Assembly: GCA_030390025.1 (NCBI GenBank)
Contig: JASTWF010000346.1
Span: 1 to 64,000 of the forward strand
DNA from: Squalus acanthias
Taxonomy: Eukaryota
Direction of reading: 5' to 3'
DNA length: 64,000 nucleotides
Made by a program: the position numbers and the translations under genes. Numbering within the stretch: position 1 is the first letter of the stretch; the number at the start of each line of letters is the position of its first letter. The notes under the pieces were generated by a model that was not told the origin of the DNA, did not search any database, and was given only the letters and a program-made list of their open reading frames with translations. Shown one piece after another: positions 12,481-25,700 of the stretch.

Positions 12481-14892
12481 TTTTTTTTTTATTCGTTTAT
12501 GGGATCTGAGCGCCGCTGGCAAGGCCAGCATTTATTGCCCATCCCTAGTTGCCCTTGAGAAGGTGGTGGTGAGCCGCTTTCTTGAACCGCTGCAGTCCGT
12601 GTGGTGATGGTACTCCCACAGTGCTGTTGGGTAGGGAGTTCCAGGATTTTGACCCAGCGACGATGAAGGATCGGCAACATACTTCTAAGTCAGGATGGTG
12701 TGTGACTTGGAGGGGAACTTGGAGGTGGTGGTGTTCCCATGCGCCTGCTACCCTTGTCCTTCTAGGTGGAAGAGGTCGCGGGTTTGGGAGGTGCTGCTGA
12801 AGAAGCCTTGGCGAGTTGCTGCAGTGCATCTTATAGATGGTGTACACTGCAGCCACATGCGCTGGTGGTGGAGGGAATGAATGTTTAAGGTGGTGGATGG
12901 GGTGCCAATCAAGTGGGCTGCTTTGTCCTGGATGGTGTCGAGCTTCTTGAGTGTTGTTGGAGCTGCACTCATCCAGGCAAGTGGAGAGTATTCCATCACA
13001 CTTCTGACTTGTGCCTTGTAAATGGTGGAAAGGCTTTGGGGAGTCAGGAGGTGAGACACTCATCGCAGAATACCCAGCCTCTGACCTGCTCTTGTAGCCA
13101 CAGTATTTATGTGGCTGGTCCAGTTAAGTTTCCCTTCAATGGTGACTCCCAGGATGTTGATGGTGGGGGATTTGGCGATGGTAATGCTGTTGAACGTCAA
13201 GGGGTGGTGGTTAGACTGTTGCTTGTTGGAGATAGTCATTGTCTGGCACTTGTGTGGTGTGAATGTTACTTGCTACTTATCAGCCCAAGCCTGAATGTTG
13301 TCCAGGTCTTGCTGCATGAGGGCATGAACAGTTCATTATCTGAGGAGTTACGAATGGAACTGAACCCTCTGCAATCATCAGCGAACATCCCCACCTCTGA
13401 CCTTATGCTAGAGGGAAGGTCATTGATGAAACAGCTGAAGATGGTTAGGCCTAGGACACTGCCCTGAGGAACTCCTGCAGCGAAGTCTAGGGGCTGAGAT
13501 GATGGACCTCCAACAACCACAACCATCTTCCTTTGTGCTAGGTATGACTCCAGCCAGTGGAGAGTTTTCCCCCTAATTAACATTGACTTCAATTTTACTA
13601 GGGCTCCTTGATGCCACACTTGGTTAAACGCTGCCTTGATGCCTCACCTCTGGAATTCAGCTCTTTTGTCCATGTTTGGACCAAGGCTGTAATGAGGTCT
13701 AGAGTCGAGTAGTCCTGACGGAACCCAAACTGAGCATCGGTGAGCAGGTTATTGGTAAGTAAGTGCCGCTTGATAGTACTGTCAACGACACCTTCTATCA
13801 CTTTGCTGATGATTGAGAGTAGGCTGATGGGGCTGTAATTGGCCGGATTGGATTTGTCCTGCTTTTTGTGGACAGGACATACCTGGGCAGTTTTCCACTT
13901 TGTTGGATAGATGCCAGTGTTGTAGCTGTACTAGAACAGCCTAGCTAGAGGCGCAGCTAATTCCATATCACAGGTCTTCAGCACGACAGCCAGGAGGTTG
14001 TCGGGGCCCATAGCTTTTGCTGTATCCAGCGCGCTCAGCCATTTCTTGATATCACGTGGAGTGAATCGAATTGGCTGAAGTCTGGCTTCTGTGATGGTGG
14101 GGACCTCAGGAGGAGGCCGAGATGGATCATCCACTCGGCACATCTCGCTGAAGATGGTTGCAAACATTTCATCCTTGTCTTTTGCACTTGCGTGCTGGGC
14201 TCTGCCATCCTTGAGCATGGGGATATTCATGGAGCCTCCTCCTCCATTAGTTGTTTAATTGTCCACCACCATTCACGACTGGATGTGGCAGGACTGCAGA
14301 GCTATTATCTGATCCATTGGTTGTGGGATCGCTTAGTTGTGTCTGTAGCATGCTGCTTCTGCTGTTTAGTATGCATGTAGTCCTGTGTTGCAGATTGGCA
14401 GCTCATTTTAGGTACTCCTGGTGCTGTTCCTGGCATGCTCTTCTACACTCCTCATTGAACCAGGTTTGGTCCCCTAGCTTGCTGGTAATGGTAGAGTGAG
14501 GAATATGCCGGGCCATGAGGTTACAGATTGTGGTGGTATACAATACTGCTGCTGCTGATGGCCCACAGTGCCTCATGGATGCCCAGTTTTGAGCTGCTAG
14601 ATCTGTTCTGAATCTATCCCATTTAGCACAGTGGCAGTGCTACACAACACGATGGAGGGTGTCCTCAGTGTGAAGATGGAACTTTGTCTCCACAGCGACT
14701 GTGTGGTGGTCACTGCTATCAATACTGTCATGGACAGATGCATCTGTGACAGGGAGATTGGTGAGGACGAGGTCAAGTAGGTTTTTTCCTCGTGTTGGTT
14801 CTCTCAACACCTGCCACAGGCCCAATTTGGTAGCAATATCCTTCAGGACTCGGCCAGCTTGGTCAGTAGTGTTGCTACCAAGCCACTCTTGG
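12481..14892 (-). mobile_element. CR1/L2-group LINE ('GMFADDC' family), frameshifted
   Basis: ORF fragments GVPQGSVLG.TIFSCFINDL..GMFADDC, QFGFRQD and KAMGPDN; T-rich tail at 12479-12492. Confidence 0.85.
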
Positions 14893-14960
14893 CCTGCACT
14901 CGTTGAAAGTGGTCCAGGCAGCATGAGAGAAAACAATGTCGTCCCTTCTCCCGGAGTAGG

Positions 14961-17900
14961 AACATACATACGAACATACGAATTAGGAGCAGGAGTAGGC
15001 CACTCAGCCCTTCGAGCCTGCTCTGCCATTCAATAAGATCATGGCTGATCTGATTACTCCACATTCCCGCCTACCCCCGATAACTTTTCACCCCCTTGCT
15101 TACCAAGAATCTATCTACCTCTGCCTTAAAAATATTCAAAGACTCTGCTTCCACCGCCCTCTGAGGAAGAGTTCCAAAGACTCACGACCCCCTGTTAGAA
15201 AGAATTTCTCCTCATCTCTGTCTTAAATGGGCGACCCCTTATTTTTTAGACAGTGACCCCTAGTTCTAGATTCTCCCACAAGAGGAAACATCCTCTCCAC
15301 ACTCCACCCTGTCCAGAGCCCTCAGGATCTTATATGTTTCAATCAAGTCACCTCTTACTCTTCTAAACTCCAGCGGATACAAGCCTAGCCTGTCCAACCT
15401 TTCCTCATAAGACAACCCGCCCATTCCAGGTATTAGTCTAGTAAACCTTCTTTGAACTGCTTCCAGCGCATTTACATCCTTCCTTAAATAAGGAGACCAA
15501 TACTGTACACAGTACTCCAGATGTGGTCTCACCAATGCCCTGTATAACTGAAGCATAACCTCCCTACTTTTGTATTCAATTCCCCTCGCAATAAACGATA
15601 ACATTCTATTAGCTTTCCTAATTACTTGCTGTACCTGCATAGTAACCTTTTGCGATTCATGCACTAGGACACCCAGATCCCTCTGCATGTCAGAGCTGTG
15701 CAATCTCTCACCATTTAGATAATATGCTTCTTTTTTATTCTTCCTGTCAAAATGGACAACTTCACATTTTCCAACATTATACTCCATTTGCCAGATCTTT
15801 GCCCACTCACTTAACCTATCTATATCCCTTTGTAGCCTCCTTATGTCCTCTTCACAATTTACTTTCCTACCTATCTTTGTGTGATCAGCAAATTTAGCAA
15901 CCATACCTTCGGTCCCTTCATCCAAGTAATTTATATAAATTGTAAAAAGTTGAGGCCCCAGCACTGATCCCTGTGGCACACCACTCGTTACATCTTGCCA
16001 ATCAGAAAATGACCCATTTATGCCTATACTCTGTTTCCTGTTAGCTAGCCAATCTTCTATCCATGCCAATATGTTACCCCCTACACCATGAGCTTTTATT
16101 TTCCGCAATAACCTTTAATGTGGCACCTTATCAAATGCCTTCTGGAAATCTAAGTACTGTACATCCACCGGTTCCCCTTTATCCACAGCACATGTTACTT
16201 CCTCAAAGAACTCAAATGAATTGGTTAAACATGATTTCCCTTTCACAAAACCATGCTGACTCTGCCTGATTACTTTGAACTTTTCTAAGTGCCCTGCTAT
16301 AGTGTCTTTAATAATAGCTTCTAACATCTTCCCTAGGACAGATGTTAAGCTAACTGGCCTGTCGTTTCCTGCTTTCTGTCTCCCTCCCTTTTTGAATAAA
16401 GGAGTCACATTCGCTATTTTTCAATCTAATGGAACCTTCCCCGAATCTAGGGAATTTTGGAAAATTAAAACCAACACATCAACTATCTCACTAGCCACTT
16501 CTTTTAAGACCCTAGGATGAAGTCCATCAGGACCCGGGGACTTGTCAGCCCTCAGCTCCAACAATTTGCTCAGTACCACTTCCCTGGTGATTGTAATTTT
16601 CTTGAGTTCCTCCCTCCCTTCCATTTCCTGATTTACAGCTATTTCTGGGATGTTACTTGTATCCTCTATAGTGAAGACCAATGCAAAATACCTGTTCAAT
16701 TCAACTGCCATCTCCTTATTTTCCATTATTAATTCCCCAGACTCACTTTTTATAGGACCAACGCTCACTTTGTTAACTCTTTTCTTTTTTAAATATCTAT
16801 AGAAACTCTTACTATCTGTTTTTATATTTCTAGCTAGCTTTCTCTCGTACTCTAATTTTTCTCTCCTTATTAATCTTTTAGTCATTCTTTGCTGTTTTTT
16901 ATATTCTGTCCAATCTTCTGACCTGCCACCCAGCTTTGCGCAATTATATGCTTTTTCTTTAAGTTTAATACTATCTTTAACTTTTTTAGTTAACCACGGA
17001 CGGTGGGTCCTCCCCTTGGAATTTTTCTTTCTTGTTGGAATGTATATATTCTGTGTATTTTGAAATATCCCCTTAAATGTCTGCCACTGCAACTCTATTG
17101 ACCTATCCCTTAACCTAATTTGCCAGTTCACTTTAGCTAGCTCTGCTTTCATGCCTTCATAATTGCCCTTACTTAAGTTTAAAATACTAGTCTTGGACCC
17201 ACTCTTCTCTCTCTCAAACTGAATGTAAAATTCAATCATATTATGATCGTTGCTACCTTGGGGCGCCTTCACTATGAGGTCATTAATTAATCCTATCTTG
17301 TTGCACAATACCAGGTCTAGTATAGCCTGCTCTCTGGTTGGCTCCAGAACGTGCTGTTGTAAGAAACTATCCCGAAAACATTCCATGAACTCCTCATCTA
17401 TGCTACCTTTGCCCATCTGATTTTTCCAGTCTATATGCAGATTAAATCCCCCATGATTATTGCCATACCCTTCTGACAAGCTCCCATTATTTCTTCCTTT
17501 ATACTCCATCCTACCATGTGGTTACTGTTAGGGGGCCTGTACACCACTCCCACAAGTGACTTCTTGCCTTTTATTATTTCTCATTTCTAACCAAACCACT
17601 TCTACATCCTGGTTTCCTGAACTTGGGTCATCCCTCTCTAATACCATCATTAATTAACAGAGCCACCCCTCCACCTTTTCCCACCTTTCTCTCCTTCCTA
17701 AATGTCATGTACCCTTCAATATTCAGGTCCCAATCTATGTCATCCTGCAGTCATGTTTCTGTAATGGCTATCAGATCATATTTATTTATTTCTATTTGCG
17801 CTATCAGTTCATCTGTTTTGTTTCGAATGCTACATACATTCAGATGCAGAGCTTTTAGTTTTGTCCTTTTATTATTTTTGGAACCTCTAGCCTTATCTGT

Positions 17901-18787
17901 TGATTTACTCTTAGATTTGTACTCTCTATCCCTTCCTGTCACGGTCTGTTTATCATTTCCCATATTAATACCTTTCTCTACTGCCTTGTCTCTAATCTTT
18001 GAATTACCACATCTTCCCAAATCTGATCCCATGCCCCCAATATTTAGTTTAAAGCCCTCTCTGCCGCCCTAGTTATACAACTCGCCAGAACACTGGTCCC
18101 AGCACAGTTCAGGTGAAGACTGTCCCAACGATACAGATCCCACTTTCCCCAGTACTGGTGCCAGTGCCCAGAATTGAAACCCATTTCTCCCACACCAGTC
18201 TTTGAGCCACGCATTCATCGCTCTAATTTTATTTACCCTGTGCCAATTTGCTCGTGGCTCAGGTAATAATGCAGACATTATTACCCTTGAAGTTCTGCTT
18301 TTTAATTTAGCCCCTAGCTGCTCATACTCTCTCAGCAGAACCTCTTTCCTAGTTCTACCTGTGTCGTTGGTACCTACATGGACACGACCACTGGCTCCTC
18401 CCTCTCCCACTGCAAGTTCCTCTCCAGCCCAGAGCAGATGTCTCGAACCCTGGCACCGGGCAGGCAACACAGCCGTCTGGACACTTGCTTTTGGCCGCAG
18501 AGAGCTGTATCTATCCCCCTGACTATGCTGTCCCCAATTACCACTACGTTCCTATTAACTCCCCCCACTTGAATGGCTTCCTGTACCTCGGTGCCATGGT
18601 CAGTTTGCTCATCCACCCTGCAGCCACCACTTTCATCCATACAGGGCCGCAAGAACCTCAAACCTGTTGGACAATTGCAAAGGCTGAGGCTCCTCCACCT
18701 CCTGGGTCCCCATACCTGCCTCACTCGCAGTCACATCCTCCTGTCCCCTGACCACTGACCAAATCAGAAGACCCTATCTTCTGACCC
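14961..18787 (-). mobile_element. Near-full-length CR1 LINE: ORF1 SGNH esterase remnant plus frameshifted ORF2 (EN-RT)
   Basis: ORF1 motifs VVVIGDSIVRG, CCLPGARV and HVGTND (18069-18724). ORF2 fragments at 17751-18032, 16421-17509, 16115-16408 and 15266-16108. Tail repeats acatacga. TSD tagg (14957-14960 / 18788-18791) lies inside the Harbinger transposase remnant. Confidence 0.9.
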
Positions 18788-19789
18788 TAGGGAGTCTCTG
18801 TGACCTCCCGGATGCAGCAATGGATGGCAATCTTGGAGATGTTAGCTATGTCTCCTGCTGCAGACTGGAAGGATCCACTGGCGAAGAAATTAAGGGCCAT
18901 GGTGACCTTGAGGGCCACTGTGAGAGCCGTGATCACCCTGCTTTGAGGCTGCATGTCTGGTTGCAGGAGGTGGCAGAGTTCTGTGACCACCTCCATGGTG
19001 AAGCGGAGCCTCCTAATACACTGCCCTCAGAAGATCCTAGGTGGGTAAGGCCTCTTGTTAAGTGCCCTCCTCCTCCCTCTACGAGCATCTTCTGGTCTTC
19101 TGCTCCGTCTCCCGAAGATGCTCATGCGCGAGGGGGACGAGGGGCACTGCAAGTAGAACCCCATGACTGTGAGCAAGTGTAGTGAGCAGAAGCCTTTAAA
19201 TGAGAATGAAGGCATTCTCCACTTGCACCAACACTCCCTGCCACCTCAGGAACTTTAAACAAGTTTCGAAAGCTGCAAGATTTGCAGAAAATTACACAGA
19301 GCCAGTCAAACTGAGAGAGACTGTCAGCTGCAACTTGTTGATGATGATTCCTTTAAATATCGCTGCTGGAGGCTCCTTCCTGCTGCTGAACGTGTGGTCA
19401 GCTGGTCGTGATTTAGAGAGGGCGGTAAGTGGAGCGGCGACGGCGAAAATGGCAGATTGTGCAACGCTCACTTGATGCATGCTCATTGATGCCAAGATCT
19501 GCCTCATTTCCATTTCTGCAGCGAGCGCAGGCACCGGCAGCGCTGCCGACCTGCTGTAAGTGGCGTCCTCGGCGGGACCTGCCAGAAGTGGGCGGAAGGA
19601 AGGCGGCTGCCATTTTTTCTTCAACGGGCCTTAATGGCCAGCGCTGAACCCGCGAATTTCTAGGCCTTTGTTCCTTAAAGAATTGTGTTCTTAAATGTAC
19701 CCTTAATCACTTGGACAGTGCGTTTTTACTTCTTGTAACAGTTGCTCCAACTCACATCTAACCTGGCTAGTCCCACCTACTGCAGGTTG

Positions 19790-22700
19790 TTGTTGTAGTA
19801 GGTGCTTGAGGTCGTAGGTCTGGGTGGTGCTGCCGAAGAAGCCTTGGCACTTGCTGTAGACAGTACACACTGCAGCCATGGTACGCCAGTAGTGGAGGAT
19901 GTGGATGTGTAAGCTGGTAGATGGGGTACCCATCAAGCAGACTGTTTTGTCCAGGATGGTGTCAAGCTTCTCGAGTGTTGTAGTTGTACCCATCCAGGCA
20001 AGTGGAACGTATTCCATCACACTCTTGTCTTGTGGACAAAGAAGGCTTTGGGGAGTCAGGAGGTGAGCCACACTCCACAGAATACCCAGCCTTTGACCTG
20101 TAGCCACGGTATTTATGTGGCTGCTCCAGTTAAGTTTCTGGTCAATGGTGACCCCCCAGGATATTGATGGTGGGGGATTCGGTGATGACATTTTGTTTTA
20201 AATTCATTCTCGGGATATGGGCATTGCTTGCAAGTCCAGCATTTATTGCCCATCCCTAGTTGCCCTTGAGAAGGTAATGTCATTGAATGTCAAGGGGAGG
20301 TAGTTAGGCTCTCTCTCTTTGTAGATGGTCATTACCCGCACTTGTGTGGCATGAATTTTAATTGCACTTAGCCTAAACCTGGAGGTTGTCCAGATTTTGC
20401 TGCATGTGGGGATGGACTGCTTTATTATCTGAGGAATTGCAAATGTAGCTGAATACTATGCAGACATCAGTGAAAAGCCCCACTTCTGACCTTGTGATGG
20501 AGGGAAGGTCATTGATGAACAAGCTGAAGATGGTTGGACCGAGGACACTGCCCTGAGGAACTCCTGCAGCAATGTCCTGGGGCTGAGATGATTGGCCTCC
20601 AATCACAAACACCTTCCTTTGTGCCAACCATCTTCAGCTGCTTCATCAATGACCTTCGTTCCATCATAAGGTCAGAAGTGGGGATGTTCGCTGATGATTG
20701 CACAGTGTTCAGTTCATTTCACAACTCCTCAGATGATGAAGCAGTCCATGCCCGAATGCAGCAAGACCTGGATGACATTCTGGCTTGGGCTGATAAGTGG
20801 CAAGTAACATTCGTGCCACAAAAGTGGCAGGCAATGATTGTCTCCAACAACCGAGAGTCTAACCACCGCCCCTTGACATTCAACATTACCATCGCTGAAT
20901 CCCCCACCATCAACATCCTGGGGGTCACCATTGACCAGAAACTTAACTGGACCAGCCACATAAATACTGTGGCTACAAGAGCAGGTCAGAGGCTGGGTAT
21001 TCTCCAGCAAGTGTCTCACCTCCTGACTCCCCAAAGCCTTTCCGCCATCTACAAGGCACAAGTTAGGCGTGTGATGGAATACTCTCCACTTGCCTGGATG
21101 AGTGCAGCTCCAACAGCACTCAAGAAGCTCGCCACCATCCAGGACAAAGCAGCCTGCTTGATTGGCACCCCATCCACCACCTTAAGTATTCACTCCCTGC
21201 ACCACCGGCGCACCGTGGCTGCAGTGTGTACCATCTACAAGATGCACTGCAGTAACTTGCCAAGGCTTCTTCGGCAGCATCTCCCAAACCTGCGACCTCA
21301 ATCACCTAGAAGGACAAGGGTAGCAGGCGCATGGGAACACCATCACCTGCAAGTTCCCCTCCAAGTTTCACACCATCCTGACTTGGAAATATATCGCTGA
21401 TCCTTCATCGTCGCTGGGTCAAAATCCTGGAACTCCCTCCCTAACAGCACTGTGGGAGTACCTTCACCACAAGGACTGGAGTGGTTTAAGAAGGCGGCTC
21501 ACCACCACCTTCTCAAGCGCAATTTGGGATGGACAATAAATGCTGGCCTTGCTAGCGACGCCCACATCCCAGGAACGAATTTTAAAAAAAGTAAATACTC
21601 GAGCCAGTGGAGAGTTTTCCCCCCGATCCCCATTTACTTTAGTGCTCTTTGGTGCCACACTGGGTCGAATACTACCTTGATGTCAAGGGCAGTCACTCTC
21701 AGCTTACCTCTGCAGTTCAGCTCTTGTGTCCACGTTTGGACCAAGGCTGTAATGAGGTTTGGAGCGGAGTGGTGCTGGTGGAACCCAAACTGAGCATCGG
21801 TTAGCATTGGTGAGTACGTGTCACTTGATCGAAATGTTGACGACTCCTTTCATCGCTTTGCTGATGATTGAGAGTAGGCTGATAGGGCAGTAATTGGCTG
21901 GATTGGTTTTTGACCTGCAGTTTGTGGACAACACATACCTGTGTAATTTTCCATTGTTGGGCAGAAGCCAGTGTTGTAGATGTATTGGAACAGCTTGGTT
22001 ACAGGCGTGGATAGTTCTGGATTACAGGCCATCGGCACTACAGCCGGGATGTTGTCAGTACCCACAGCCTTTGCATTGTCCAGTGCACTCAGCTATTTCT
22101 TGATATCACGTGGAGTGAATCAAATTGGTTGAAAACTGGCATCTGTGATTGTGGTGACCTCAGGAGGAGGCCAAGATGGATCATCCACTCGGCACTGCTG
22201 CTGAAGATGGTTGCGAACGCTTCAACCTTGACTTTTGCACTCGCGTGCTGGGCTCCACCATCGTTTAGGATGGGGATGTTCATGGAGCCTCCTCCCATTA
22301 GTTGCTTACTTGCCCACCACCATTTGCAACTGCATGTGGCAGGACTGCAGAGCTTTGACCTGATCCATTGGTTGTGGGATCACTTAGCTCTGTCTATAGC
22401 ATGCTGTTTCCACTGTTTAGCATGCATGTAGCCCTGTGTTTTGGCTTTACCAGGTTGGCAGCTCATTTTCAAGTATGCTTGTTGTTGCCCCTGGCATGTT
22501 CTTCTACACTCCTCATTGAACCAAGGTTGATTATGTGACTTGATGGTGATGGAGGAGTGAGTGATATTCCAGGTTACAGATGGTGGTGGAATACAATTCT
22601 GCTGCTGATGGCCCACAGCACCTAATGAATGCTCAGTTTTGAGCTGCTACATCTGTTCTGAATCATTTCGCACGGTGGTAGGTCTACAACATGATGGAGC
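19790..22700 (-). mobile_element. Fragmented older copies of the 'GMFADDC' LINE family
   Basis: Minus-strand ORF fragments 19703-20191, 20373-20627 and 21850-22616 match the same family, and are interrupted by a + copy at ~20627-21590. Confidence 0.75.
20627..21590 (+). mobile_element. 5'-truncated 'GMFADDC' LINE (RT C-terminus, 3' UTR and A tail)
   Basis: ORF 20534..21400 reads PTIFSCFINDL..GMFADDC..WQVTF..YKAQVR. A-rich tail at ~21584-21590. Confidence 0.85.
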
Positions 22701-25700
22701 ATGTCTGTGTATGTGGGAAGAAATTATGGGCTAGATTGTCAACTTTCACGTCTGGGTGGTAATCTGGCACAGCTGATTGCCCATCCTTTATAGATCCCGC
22801 CTGATTTTAATTCCATTGATTTCTTATTTACATCTCTGAAATGGCCTAGCAAACCGCTACAAAACACAATAATAAGAATGAAACCGGACAGACCACTCGG
22901 CATCAGCTATGGACACGGCAACGGCACACCCAGCCCAGTCCTCCTCACCAACATCTGGAGACTTGTGCCAAAATTGGGAGAGCTGTCCTACAGACTCGTC
23001 AAGCAACAGCCTGACATAGTTATAGTCACAGAATCATACCTTCTCAGCCAATGTCCCAAACTCCTCCATCACCAGGACAAGCCCACCAGGGGTGGCGGCA
23101 CAGTGGTATACCATCGGGAAGGAGTGGCCGTGGGAGTCCTCAACATTGACTCTGGACCCCATGAAGTCTCATGGCTCCAGGTCAAGCATGGAAACCTCCT
23201 GCTGATTACCACCTACCGCCCTCCCTCAGCTGATGAATCAGTTGAGCAGCACTGAGAATGTACTCTGGGTCGGGGACTTCAATGTCCATCACCAAGAGTG
23301 GCTTGGTAGCACCACTACTGGCCGAGTCCTGAAGGACATAACTGCCAATCTGGGCCTGCGACAGGTGGTGAGAGAACCAACACGAGGCCTACTTGACCTC
23401 GTTCTCACCAACCTACCTGTCGCAGATGCATCTGTCCATGACAGTATTGGTAGCAGTGACCACCGCACAGTTATTGTGGAGACGAAGTTCCGTACTCACA
23501 CTGAGGACACCCTCCATCGTGATGTGCCGTGCTAAATGGGATAGATCGAGCAGCTCAAAACTGGGCATCCATGAGGCGCTGTGGGGCAGCAGCAGAATTG
23601 TATTCCACCACAATCTGTAACTTAATGGCCCGGCATATCCCTCACTCTACCATTACCATCCAGCTAGGGGACCAACCCTGGTTCAATAAAGAGTGTAGAA
23701 GAGCATGCCAGGAGCAGCACCAGGCGTACCTAAAAATGAGGTGCCAAATAAAAAGCAGAAGCAGCATGCTATCAACAGGGCTAAGCGATCTCACAATCAA
23801 CAGATCAGATCAAATCTCTGCAGTCCTGCCACATCCTAACAGGAGGAGGAGGCTCCATGAATATCCCCATCGTCAATGATGGTGGAGCCCAGCACGTGAG
23901 TGCAAAAGACAAGGCTGAAGCGTTTGCAACCATCTTCAGCGAGAAGTGCCGAGTGGATGATCCATATCGGCCTACTCCTGAGGTCCCCACCATCACAGAA
24001 GCCAGTCTTCAGCCAATTCGATTCACTCCATGTGGTATCAAGAAACGGCTGTGCACACTGGATACAGCAAAGGCTATGGGCCCCGACAACATCCCGGCTA
24101 TCGTGCTGAAGACTTGTGCTCCAGAACTAGCTGCGCCTCTAGCCAAGTTGTTCCAGTACAACTACAACACTGGCATCTATCCGACAATGTGGAAAACTGC
24201 CCAGGTATGTCCTGTCCACAAAAAGCAGGACAAATCCAACCCGGCCAATTACCGCCCCATCAGTCTACTCTTAATCATCAGCAAACTGAAGGAAGATGTC
24301 ATCAACAGTGCTATCAAGCGGCACTTACTCACCAATAACATGCTCAAATGATGCCCAGTTTGGGTTCCGCCAAGACCAGTCGGCTCCCGACCTCGTTACA
24401 GCCTTGATCCAAACATGGACAAAGAAGCTGAATTCCAGAGGTGATGTGAGAGTGACTGCCCTTGACATCAAGGCAGCATTTGACCAAGTGTGGCATCAAG
24501 GAGCCTCGTAAAATTGAAGTCAATGGGAATCAGGGGGAAAAATCTCCACTGGCTGGAGTCATACCTGCCACAAAGGAAGATGGTTGTGGTGGTTGAAGGT
24601 CAATCATCACAGCCCCAGGACATCGCTGCAGGAGTTCCTCAGGCAGTGTCCTAGCTATCGTATTAGTGTCCTCGGCCCACCATCTTCAGCTGTTTCATCA
24701 ATGACCTTCCCTCCAACATATGGTCAGAAATGGGGATGTTTGCTGATGACTGCACAGTGTTCAGCGCCGTTCACAACTCCTCAGATAATGAAGCAGTCCA
24801 TGCCTGCATGCAACAGGACCTGGACGACATTCAGGCTTGGGCCGATAAGTGGCAGGTAACATTCGCACCACAGAAGTTCCAGGCAATGACTATCTCCAAC
24901 AAGCGAGAGTCTAACCACCTCCCCTTGACATTCAACCGCATTACCATCGCCAAATCCCCCACCATCAACATTCTGGGAGTCACCATTGAAAGGAAACTTA
25001 ACTGGACCAGCCACATAATACTGTGGCTACAAGAGCAGGTCAGAGGCTGGGTATTCTGCGACGAGTGTCTCACCTCCTGACTCCCCAAAGCCTTTCCACC
25101 ATCTACAAGTCAGAAGTGTGATGGAATACTCTCCACTTGCCTGGATGAGTGCAGCTCCAACAACACTCAAGAAGCTCGACACCAACCAGGACAAAGCAGC
25201 CCGCTTGATTGGCACCCCATCCACCACCTTAAAACATTCACTCCCTCCACCACCGGCTTACCGTAGCTGCAGTGTGTACCATCTACAAGATGCACTGCAG
25301 CAATTCGCCAAGGCTTCTCCGGCAGCACCTCCCAAACCTGGGACCTCTTCCACCTAGAAGGGCAAGGGAAGCAGGCACATGGGAACACCACCACCTCCAA
25401 GTTACACACCATCCTGACTTGGAAATATATCGCCGATCCTTCATCATCGCTGGGTTAAAATGCTGGAACTCCCTCCCTAACAGCACTGTGAGAGAACCTT
25501 CACCACACGGACTGCAGCGGTTCAAGAAGGTGGCTCACCACCACCTTCTCAAGGGCAACTAGGGATGGGCAATAAATGCTGGCCTTGCCAGTGACGCCCA
25601 CAAACGAATAAAAGAAACATGCAGCCCCTTGGTGACATCATATGCAAGCACAAGCTCAGTTTCTCCATGTGTGTGTGGATGATGCCCAGCTTTACCGCTT

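Larger units (their letters stand above)
12471..19666 (-). mobile_element. Degraded PIF/Harbinger transposon with two nested LINEs
   Basis: Termini ggcctagatt (12471) and aatttctaggcc (19666), with flanks tat/ttt. Transposase remnants at 18787-19215 (EVVTELCHLLQPD..VALKVTMALNFFASGSFQ) and 14893-14960 are homologous to the N-terminus of the 38745 transposase. Confidence 0.7.
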
